DNA of 64,000 nt from a virus, in IMG/VR virus record IMGVR_UViG_3300025313_000008, positions 24,378 to 88,377 of that record; one strand, 5' to 3'. The position numbers and the translations under genes are program-made. The notes under the pieces are model-generated. The model had not been told where the DNA came from and did not search any database. It worked only from the letters and a program-made list of their open reading frames with translations. Position 1 is the stretch's first letter. The number at the start of each line of letters is the position of its first letter. Below are positions 37,559 to 45,927 of the stretch, one piece after another.

Positions 37559-37813
37559 CTAAATTACCTCTTCGTCATTTAAAAGCTTTCTTTTTTTCCT
37601 TTCTTCAATCATATCCATTTCAGCCTCATTTGATACAAATCCCTTACAATTACACTCTATTCTATCGGGCTTTCTTTTGACTATTTTAAGGCATCTTACG
37701 TCTATGTGGCTAGAATACTTGTGTTTACATCTAAAACATGTTCGAGATGAGCGAGGCGGTCTTTTCCACCATTTTTCTGTCTCTTTTACCTTTTTAACCA
37801 TTTTGAGCACCAT
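37559..37813 (-). CDS. Small basic Cys/His zinc-binding protein
   Basis: CFRCKHKYSSH....C......CNCKGF motif. Confidence 0.65.
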   Translation of the reverse strand: MVLKMVKKVKETEKWWKRPPRSSRTCFRCKHKYSSHIDVRCLKIVKRKPDRIECNCKGFVSNEAEMDMIEERKKRKLLNDEEVI

Positions 37814-38006
37814 AAATATACACTTTTTCGCCTTTCAAACTCTTTGCAAATTCTCTAGCTTCTTCCGCAGTATTAGTGTGTTTTACAACGGTTACTCTAT
37901 TTCCTATATCTGAATATTCATCATATGTACAAACATTGAATCCTTTCTTTGGTGTTGTTCTTAATTGTTCCTTGATAACTAATTCTATGTAACTTTCATC
38001 TGTCAT
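37794..38006 (-). CDS. 70-aa protein coupled to the portal-synthetase fusion (candidate antitoxin)
   Basis: ATG 38006 overlaps the portal TGA (ATGA); function inferred from position only. Confidence 0.55.
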   Translation of the reverse strand: MTDESYIELVIKEQLRTTPKKGFNVCTYDEYSDIGNRVTVVKHTNTAEEAREFAKSLKGEKVYIYGAQNG

Positions 38007-41000
38007 TGTAAGCACCCTATTATAACCAATTCTGGTGGACATTCTGGCGGATTTGCTTTTTTACCACTATCCAAATCATAGAAATAATCCGACATCTTAT
38101 AAGAATAATCTGTTATAATGTTCATATTTTCTTTTAAATATTCCTTCATTTCATTATCAAATGGTTTATAAAATTCATGAGCCCAATCTGCCCATTTTTG
38201 CTGATTTGGCGTTCTTACCTGAACTTCAGAAACTAATCCTTGTTTATCAATAATTGATAAGTGAACGCTTCTATATCCTCCTTTTGAGTTTTCTAAATAT
38301 TTTTCTTCATTTACAATATTATAATTTTCTTTCATATGATTGACTGTTTTATTTACATCATTTAGATTTTCTAATACTAGTCTAACTGCTGATATATCAT
38401 TTAAATCAGATACATCTTTATACAAATTAGGTCTTCTTGCTAATTTTTCTATCATACTGTAAGTTGTTTTCACTCTTCCTGTTACATCTGCATTAGGAAA
38501 TTCTTGTTTCAAACTGTCAATAACCTCTTTGACTCTTTTTTGATGTTTATCTTGTAGTTTTTCTGATTTGATCGCTTGTTTGGTTGCTGTTTCATGATCA
38601 AATTTATCTGGAAATGTGTTCGTAATATCCCTAATTGCATCTGTTCTTTCAATTTGTCTTGAATCATCTATCTTCACCTTTGTTGGTTTTCCCTTTTTTT
38701 CTTCTGGCTTCCTTCCTCTTCCCCTTGTATCCCATCCTTTCTTCGCTCCTTCTGGCGTTCCTGTTTCCTTCGACTGATCTTTTTTTTTTCTCATATCTTT
38801 GAATCTTGGTGCTCCTATTACTTTTTTTGCTGGATTTACAAATACTTGTTCGGACTGAACCCTCATTCCATCAGAAGTCAAAGCCTCAGATACTTTTTTA
38901 TCTTCGTCTTCCCCTAATACTGGTTCCCAACCTTCTTCTTTTGGTTCTTCTGGATTAAACAGTTTTTCTACCCTTCCTTGTGGTTCATCAGGTGTAGTAT
39001 TGTCGAAAACATTGGTATTATCTTGATTTTGTTTGTCTAATTCAGCATTAAATTGATCTTCTGATACCATTGGTGGTTGATTTATAGGCTCATTTTGATG
39101 TCGCTGTCCTTCCAATTCTGCCTCATATTCCTCCTTAGTTACAATCTCATTTTCCAATTCAACGTTTGGTTGAGTTTCATCTGAATCTGGAGTTTGATCA
39201 AATCTTAAATCTGGAACTTCATTACCTTGTTCATCAGTTAAGTCTGTATAATTTACTCCTGTTTCTGGATCTACATGTAATTGGTCTGGATCTATCTCAT
39301 TTGGATCTACTCCTTGATCAATATTTTGTCCTTGTGATGGGTCTGCATTTGGCACTGGTATATCTTTCTGTGTTGGTTGAACTTGCTGTACGTCTTCTGG
39401 CTTTACGATCATTCCATCATCATGAGGAACAGTTCCTATTGGATCTTCTCTAGTTGGATTTTGTAAGCTATTAGTTTCATCAGGTCTTACATTTAATCCA
39501 CTTTGATCTATTGGTGGATCGCCCGGCGTTGGTAATGTAGAATAATCATCATTTCCTGTTAATTCAGCTTGTTTTAATCTATATTGATCAGATTGTCCTA
39601 TTGCTGGTTCAACAGCATTTCCATCTTCACTTATATCATTCTTAATATCATCTAAATTAGTTGCTTGATTTGTAGATTGTCCTTCTTTTGGTGGTCTACT
39701 TGGATTTATTCCAGATATGTTGTTTACTGGTGTTTCTTGTAATGGAGTATCATCTAATTGTGCTTGACCTTTTTGTGGTTCATTTAGATGTGGATTTGGA
39801 TCTTCAAAAGGTAAACTTGGATCTGAGTCTTCTGGCTTCTTTGCGTCTTTATGTGGTTCTTCAAGTGGATCAGGTTTTTTATTTATTTTTTCCGCTTCAT
39901 TTAATTGCTGACTATTCTCAAGTTTCTTTAATTTTCCACTCTTTTTATCTTCTTCATCTTTGCCAAATCCTTCCGCTTTTTCATATGGTGGTTCATCTCC
40001 TTTCAGTGAACCTAATTGCTTCAAATCTGGATTTTCAGGTTCATATCCACCTGTTAAACCTCTACTTAAATTATCTCTCTCACGAGGTCCGATATTTGTA
40101 GTTTGTGGTTGTCCTTCTTCTGGTTCTGCTGGTTCATTTTGTATATCTGCCAAATCATGTGGATCTTTTATATCACCAGTAGAATCTTGGTTTATTCTTT
40201 GGTCTCCAGTTCCGCCTTTAGTATGATCTCCCTTTACCTTACCTTCTAATTCATTAACATAATCGCTTAATTTAACCTGAGGTGGTTGATTAACCACATT
40301 TCCAGAAGCATCTACTTGTGGAATTCCTTGTCCTCCAGCATTTGTAAAGTCTATTCCTTGACTATCTCCTCTTTTTGCATTCAACATATTTCTTCTTGCT
40401 TCTTCTTGTGGATCTAATATTGGTGGATTCATAGAATCTGCTCTTCTTTGTGGTGCGTTTGGTGGTAGTTCACCTTCAAACTCATCTTTATCCAATCCAT
40501 ACACTTTTCTTAATTCTGGATCTGTAACATCTGGGCGACCCGGCGTATCTAATCCTTGTGAAACATACAAATCAGATGAACTATTGCTTAATGCTCCTGC
40601 CTTTGGTGGTAAAGATATTCTTTCCTGTGCTTTTAGAGTTGCTTCTACTGCCTTTAAAACTATTTTTTCCACATCGTCTTCTGTCAATGATTCTCCCTTT
40701 TTCTTTCTAAATATAGATGGTTCCTGTTTGTCTGTTCTTGTAGGTGATGGTCTATCTTTTTCAATATCAGGTCTTGGAGGTGTCGTTGGAGCTGGTTTTG
40801 TATCACCTTTATCATCTCCTCCAAACGGTGGTTTTCCTTTATCTCCTATTGGTGTTGGTTCTCCTCCTCCAAATCCATTGTTTTGAGCCTGAACCATAGC
40901 AGTATCTTTTTGGTCTTGTTTGTCTTGTTTAAGTTCGTTTTGAAATTCATCATAAAGTTGGTCATCTAATGGAATGTTTAATTTTTTATACATTTCTCTC

Positions 41001-42190
41001 TTTTCTTTAGGTGCTACTGATTCTGGATCGAGTAGTTTAATATCATCCATTGTAAGTCGTTTAACGTTAGGAGTAAATGATACTTCCACTTCCATTTCTT
41101 CAAATTCTTTAAATCCCCATGATTCTGCTAATGGTTTTAATAGCTTGTCAATAATGAGTTCGGCAACATCGTTTTGCATGTCCACCATTCTTTGATCTAA
41201 AACGTCTAATGGACTTTGAGCACTTGAATAACTAAATCCGCCGGGATGGGATATAACTTTTGAAGCAAAGCCCGTAGCTATATCAATGTGTGAATCTACG
41301 TTATCTCCATAATCATCAAAACGTGTTTGTGCCTGTATTTGTAGTTCTTTTGAATCAACCGGTTTATCAAAAATCCATATGTATTGATCACTGTTTGGAT
41401 CTGCCATTTCTAACTGTACTTGCTTCATTTGATCTTGTGGCATTCCCGGAGCAGATACAATGAGTCTTGGTTTACCCATTTTCTCTTTAATTTCTACTTC
41501 AGCATTTTGTAGAATTGCTTGAGCATCTAATAATGGACGTAAGTTTCTATCGGGGTTTATAGGCTGACCTGTGAATTTATCAACTTTTGTAGTTACGGGT
41601 CTTGGTGATGCAACAGAAAAGAATTCAGATTTTCCAAATGCTTGTCTATCAGGGTTATTAATCATCCAATGCATAAAGTATTCTGGATCGAGTTCTTTGA
41701 AAACACCGTCAACAACTTGTACTAGTTTAAGTTCATTAGCAAACTGATCCCTGAAAACCCTGAATATAGTCTGCATAGGAATATGTTCTACGTTTCCTAT
41801 TCTTCCATCAGGTGTATATTGAATCTCCATTATTGCGTTTCCTGTAATTAATCCAGATAAGAAATACTCACTAAATTTTTTTCCTGCGTTTGTTGTTTTC
41901 CACCATTTTTCTATAAAAACATTAAAATATTCATTGTTAGATTTTATTTCTATTCCTGCACCAATTAGTTTTTGATGAGAAGTATCCATGGATCTTTTAA
42001 TTTGATCCCAATGATGATAAAATTCAAATAATCGTTCAAATGTTACTGGAGGAAATTCTCCAACTAATTGTTTAGAAGGACCTACCACTGTTGCATTCTT
42101 TTTTCTTACAATAGAACCTAAAAGTGAGTTAAATGTTTGAAATACTTTTGGTACTGCTTCACTCGCTTTTCGTCTAAATCCAAAAGCCAT
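38003..42190 (-). CDS. Portal protein fused via an acidic linker to a RelA/SpoT-like small alarmone synthetase domain
   Basis: N-terminal about 400 aa are portal-like (GNAIMEI, HIPMQTI, AFGKS); C-terminus has GRVKTTYSMIEK, DISAVRLV, GGYRSVHL, EVQVRT and WADWAH..YK. Confidence 0.88.
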   Translation of the reverse strand: MAFGFRRKASEAVPKVFQTFNSLLGSIVRKKNATVVGPSKQLVGEFPPVTFERLFEFYHHWDQIKRSMDTSHQKLIGAGIEIKSNNEYFNVFIEKWWKTTNAGKKFSEYFLSGLITGNAIMEIQYTPDGRIGNVEHIPMQTIFRVFRDQFANELKLVQVVDGVFKELDPEYFMHWMINNPDRQAFGKSEFFSVASPRPVTTKVDKFTGQPINPDRNLRPLLDAQAILQNAEVEIKEKMGKPRLIVSAPGMPQDQMKQVQLEMADPNSDQYIWIFDKPVDSKELQIQAQTRFDDYGDNVDSHIDIATGFASKVISHPGGFSYSSAQSPLDVLDQRMVDMQNDVAELIIDKLLKPLAESWGFKEFEEMEVEVSFTPNVKRLTMDDIKLLDPESVAPKEKREMYKKLNIPLDDQLYDEFQNELKQDKQDQKDTAMVQAQNNGFGGGEPTPIGDKGKPPFGGDDKGDTKPAPTTPPRPDIEKDRPSPTRTDKQEPSIFRKKKGESLTEDDVEKIVLKAVEATLKAQERISLPPKAGALSNSSSDLYVSQGLDTPGRPDVTDPELRKVYGLDKDEFEGELPPNAPQRRADSMNPPILDPQEEARRNMLNAKRGDSQGIDFTNAGGQGIPQVDASGNVVNQPPQVKLSDYVNELEGKVKGDHTKGGTGDQRINQDSTGDIKDPHDLADIQNEPAEPEEGQPQTTNIGPRERDNLSRGLTGGYEPENPDLKQLGSLKGDEPPYEKAEGFGKDEEDKKSGKLKKLENSQQLNEAEKINKKPDPLEEPHKDAKKPEDSDPSLPFEDPNPHLNEPQKGQAQLDDTPLQETPVNNISGINPSRPPKEGQSTNQATNLDDIKNDISEDGNAVEPAIGQSDQYRLKQAELTGNDDYSTLPTPGDPPIDQSGLNVRPDETNSLQNPTREDPIGTVPHDDGMIVKPEDVQQVQPTQKDIPVPNADPSQGQNIDQGVDPNEIDPDQLHVDPETGVNYTDLTDEQGNEVPDLRFDQTPDSDETQPNVELENEIVTKEEYEAELEGQRHQNEPINQPPMVSEDQFNAELDKQNQDNTNVFDNTTPDEPQGRVEKLFNPEEPKEEGWEPVLGEDEDKKVSEALTSDGMRVQSEQVFVNPAKKVIGAPRFKDMRKKKDQSKETGTPEGAKKGWDTRGRGRKPEEKKGKPTKVKIDDSRQIERTDAIRDITNTFPDKFDHETATKQAIKSEKLQDKHQKRVKEVIDSLKQEFPNADVTGRVKTTYSMIEKLARRPNLYKDVSDLNDISAVRLVLENLNDVNKTVNHMKENYNIVNEEKYLENSKGGYRSVHLSIIDKQGLVSEVQVRTPNQQKWADWAHEFYKPFDNEMKEYLKENMNIITDYSYKMSDYFYDLDSGKKANPPECPPELVIIGCLQ

Positions 42191-42192
42191 GT

Positions 42193-42549
42193 TTAATCAC
42201 CCACCATGAAGCCAGTCCAAGTTCCTTTAAATAAATTACCTGAATTAAACTGAACTAATCCTCTAATTTTCCATCTTCCGTCAACATCAAAAATCCCTGC
42301 TGAATCTATTTTTTCTATCAAACCATTTTGAGCATCTATAATAGTTGCTACTAACAAAGGCTTTCTTTTTCCTTTTGGAATCTCTAATTCTATCCATACG
42401 GTTTGAGCAGTTGTTAGATTCACTGGTTCCCTTTCTGATTCTAAACCTTTAACGTCTTCCGGTGCAATAGTATCTTTTACTTTTGTTATCCGTACACGTA
42501 ATCGCGTGCCTATGTTACCTACCTTAATATCTGGAATTATGTTTACCAT
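42193..42549 (-). CDS. BppU-N-like Ig-fold virion protein
   Basis: VGNIGT.LRV.I...PVNLTTA...ATIIDAQNG.IE...FDVDGRW...V pattern. Confidence 0.6.
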   Translation of the reverse strand: MVNIIPDIKVGNIGTRLRVRITKVKDTIAPEDVKGLESEREPVNLTTAQTVWIELEIPKGKRKPLLVATIIDAQNGLIEKIDSAGIFDVDGRWKIRGLVQFNSGNLFKGTWTGFMVGD

Positions 42550-42609
42550 TGACCCACCCTATATATACTTATTGCTAACTTGTTTATAAATTGATAGCCT
42601 AATATGCCT

Positions 42610-45600
42610 TTAAACTTCATGACCTATCACCGATTCTACATCCAAAATTGATTGTGGCTCGCCTACTACCCCAACAAATGCATCTATTCTAAATGATCTA
42701 ATTTTTGCCAATTTTGCATTTATTAAATATGTTGATTGGTTTCTTTTTATTATTTTTGCATTTATTGTAAATGGTTTATAAGAAGGTTGGAAAATATGAG
42801 CATTAATAAAGAATGGTTCATCCGTGGTAACTGCCGATGCGAGAACCAATATAACACTTGGAGTAACGTTGTTTACTGCTGTTCTTCTTACTATTCTAGC
42901 ATTTACACTTACCTGTGCTGGAAGTGGTGAAAGATGTGCATTTATAGTAAATTCTTTCCTTCCTATTAATATTGCATTCATTTTAAACTCTATCTCTTTT
43001 TTACCTTTAGTTATCACACCAACAGAAAATGTTTCTATTTCTATCCCTGCATTAAGCATAGATATGGTGTCTCCATGAATTAATACCTCTGTTGGCGTAC
43101 TTGAAGATGTATTGTTTAATCCAACATAGCCTATCCACATTCCTGTTACATGTGATTCGAAATCCCATGCATTTGTTTCACTTAATATAGCACTACTATC
43201 AAATGCATCTTTTAAGTTAACACCTTCTATTTCAGCTACTGAACCAGTGGGATTTGATAACGAAATAGGTACATCTGATGAATTGTTGATTATCCATTCT
43301 GTTCCATTCCATATGTAAGCTTGACTTCCAGAAGTTCCATATAATTTAAACAATATTCCTCTTGTTGATGTTGGTATATTTGGTGTTCCTAATATTAATT
43401 CATATCCTACCATTACTCCAACTGGATTTGATTGTAAACTTAAAATATCTGCTCTCATTTTTGCATTTAGTGATAATGGAATATCCAAGCCTGATCCATC
43501 TGTTCTAATTATTGCTGGCAAGAATCTTGAAACAGAAACTCTTCCAGTTCTACTTCCAGATCCAGTTCTTGTATATAATTGATCTATTTTGAATGCTTTT
43601 GTTCCTTCTACAGGAGACTCTGGCGAAACCTCATGTATATCAATTAATGGTGTAAAAGTTCCACCAGTTACTTCATTTTGACTTATCCATGGAATTGGAT
43701 TTTGGTCTCCAGTTGCATAACCATCCCATGTTTCTATAAACGAACCCGTAGCTGGAACAAATTTCTGTGGAATTGTTGGTAAATTACCTACATATTGAGA
43801 TACACAAATATCATCTATAGATCCTTGAAATATTCTTCCACCTCCACTTGCAACATTATTTCCAACCATTATATATCTAAGATTTGTTGGATTTACTCCA
43901 ATAGCATCAACAGTGATAGGACTTCCTCTTATATGTTGAGTTCTAGCAGAATCTTTATATGTACTCAATCTTAATTTATTATTTTTTAATTCAACTCTTA
44001 CGTAATAAGGTCCTTTTAATGAAGCATCTGAAGCTGGAAGATTACTATTTGGATATATCCATAAAGAATGTTGGTTTTTTGCTCCAGAAGATGTGGTTTT
44101 AGTTGTTGTTGCATCGTTTACTATGCCATTCATTGCTATTGAATCACCAATTACATTAATAAGATCAACTCTAATAGTGCCATTTGTACCTTGTTGTTGT
44201 GGATGAGATGTTGTCGCACAAAGCCCTATTGAAATTACGGCTGGAAAGCCAATTTGCCCCATAGCATCATAATCAAGTTTAAAATCAAGTCTAACATCAC
44301 CCGAAATAACACTACCTATATCTTTATATGCATATCTAGGAAAACTTCCTCCTCCACCATCTAGGTTTAATTTTATCAAATCTGGATATAATGGATCATC
44401 AATAAATATTCTAGTATTAACATTGACTCCTACTTTTACCCATCCGATGCTCGTTGAAATATCATCACAAATAGTTACTGCGTGTAATATTATAGAACCA
44501 CCATTAACAAAACCCCAATCTCTTATTGTACCTGTTAAAACATTTGTTACTTGTGAATTACTGAAATTATATTCTGCTACTGTTGATATATCTATACTAT
44601 CAAAAAGTATATTGTTGTAAGGAAGTTGTTGTGAATCAGCATTAATGAAAAATACAGTGACAAAACCTGTTACAGAATTAGCATAATTAATACTTGAAGC
44701 TGGTAAAATTAAACTCTGTCCAAAATGAGGTCCGAAACTTACACTTGCACTTGTAGATCCTAATAATCCTCCTCCTTTTGGTATTATATTTGCCGATACT
44801 GCAATAGCATCAGGAAAATCAACTTGTGAAGCTGGATCATAGATACCATCATATACTGCAAGTCCAATGCTTGATACATATCCAGATATCTCTGACCAAA
44901 TCAATTCTATGTCACTTCCTATTATACTTTCTATTGGAAATGTTTTGAATAAATACCCATGTCCTAAAGAATTATTAACACTCCCACTAATCATTTGAAA
45001 TCTATTAGGTGCTGTACTCTCCCGTTGAAAAGTATAAACTGGATTAAATACGCCAGTAGATGTTTTATGTTCTCTAAAATTCCATGCATCTGTTGGTGGT
45101 GAAGGTGGTGCTATTAAATCATATGAATAAACACGACCGTTTGTTTGTCCAGTAATAAATAATTTTAATCCATCTGGCTTAAAAAATACACTTGATGGAG
45201 CCGTATCTTGAGCACTCACTAAAATACTTTGAAAAAATACTGCTGTTGATACATTCCATGCTGTAGAAAGATTATATTCATATACACGATCATTTGTTGC
45301 TCCTGTTACAAACATTTTTAATCCATCAGGTTTAAAAAATACTCCAGTTGAAAATGTATCTTGAGCATTTATATTTTTGCTTTGAACAAATGAAAGTGAA
45401 GGATTTGTTATATTCCATGCAGATGATAAATTAAATTCATGTATACTATCATTACCCGCATCAGATATATACGCTTTCAATCCATCAGATCTAAAGAATA
45501 AATCTGTAGGAGTTGATAATATTGAACTTAAATCAATAGTAGTTATATCAAATGATGCGGTTGATATATTCCATGGTGTTGATAAATTATATTGATGTAT

Positions 45601-45927
45601 TCTTGTACTACCAACATCGCCTTTTACTATAAACATTCTAGTTCCATCAGGTCTAAAAAATACCCCAACTGGTGAAGATGTGTTTGCATCTACATCAAAA
45701 AGTTGAACAAATGAGGCAGTTGTTATATCCCACGCAATAGAAAGATTGAATTCATAAATTTCATTTGATTCACTACCTATACCACTACCATTGATTCTTG
45801 AATTATTTACAACATACATTTTCAATCCATCGCTTCTAATATATAATCCAGTTGTAGCATGGGTTGAAGCAGTTACTACCGATTTTGAGTTTAAAAATAC
45901 CGATGTAGAAATATCCCACGCTGTCAT
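42610..45927 (-). CDS. 1105-aa virion adhesin: beta-propeller, lectin-like domains and C-terminal FxIxA repeats
   Basis: N-terminal blades of W(D/N)ISTA.F....G.FF.PDG.KM(F/Y) type, a ConA-like domain, and FTINA repeats at the end. Confidence 0.75.
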   Translation of the reverse strand: MTAWDISTSVFLNSKSVVTASTHATTGLYIRSDGLKMYVVNNSRINGSGIGSESNEIYEFNLSIAWDITTASFVQLFDVDANTSSPVGVFFRPDGTRMFIVKGDVGSTRIHQYNLSTPWNISTASFDITTIDLSSILSTPTDLFFRSDGLKAYISDAGNDSIHEFNLSSAWNITNPSLSFVQSKNINAQDTFSTGVFFKPDGLKMFVTGATNDRVYEYNLSTAWNVSTAVFFQSILVSAQDTAPSSVFFKPDGLKLFITGQTNGRVYSYDLIAPPSPPTDAWNFREHKTSTGVFNPVYTFQRESTAPNRFQMISGSVNNSLGHGYLFKTFPIESIIGSDIELIWSEISGYVSSIGLAVYDGIYDPASQVDFPDAIAVSANIIPKGGGLLGSTSASVSFGPHFGQSLILPASSINYANSVTGFVTVFFINADSQQLPYNNILFDSIDISTVAEYNFSNSQVTNVLTGTIRDWGFVNGGSIILHAVTICDDISTSIGWVKVGVNVNTRIFIDDPLYPDLIKLNLDGGGGSFPRYAYKDIGSVISGDVRLDFKLDYDAMGQIGFPAVISIGLCATTSHPQQQGTNGTIRVDLINVIGDSIAMNGIVNDATTTKTTSSGAKNQHSLWIYPNSNLPASDASLKGPYYVRVELKNNKLRLSTYKDSARTQHIRGSPITVDAIGVNPTNLRYIMVGNNVASGGGRIFQGSIDDICVSQYVGNLPTIPQKFVPATGSFIETWDGYATGDQNPIPWISQNEVTGGTFTPLIDIHEVSPESPVEGTKAFKIDQLYTRTGSGSRTGRVSVSRFLPAIIRTDGSGLDIPLSLNAKMRADILSLQSNPVGVMVGYELILGTPNIPTSTRGILFKLYGTSGSQAYIWNGTEWIINNSSDVPISLSNPTGSVAEIEGVNLKDAFDSSAILSETNAWDFESHVTGMWIGYVGLNNTSSSTPTEVLIHGDTISMLNAGIEIETFSVGVITKGKKEIEFKMNAILIGRKEFTINAHLSPLPAQVSVNARIVRRTAVNNVTPSVILVLASAVTTDEPFFINAHIFQPSYKPFTINAKIIKRNQSTYLINAKLAKIRSFRIDAFVGVVGEPQSILDVESVIGHEV

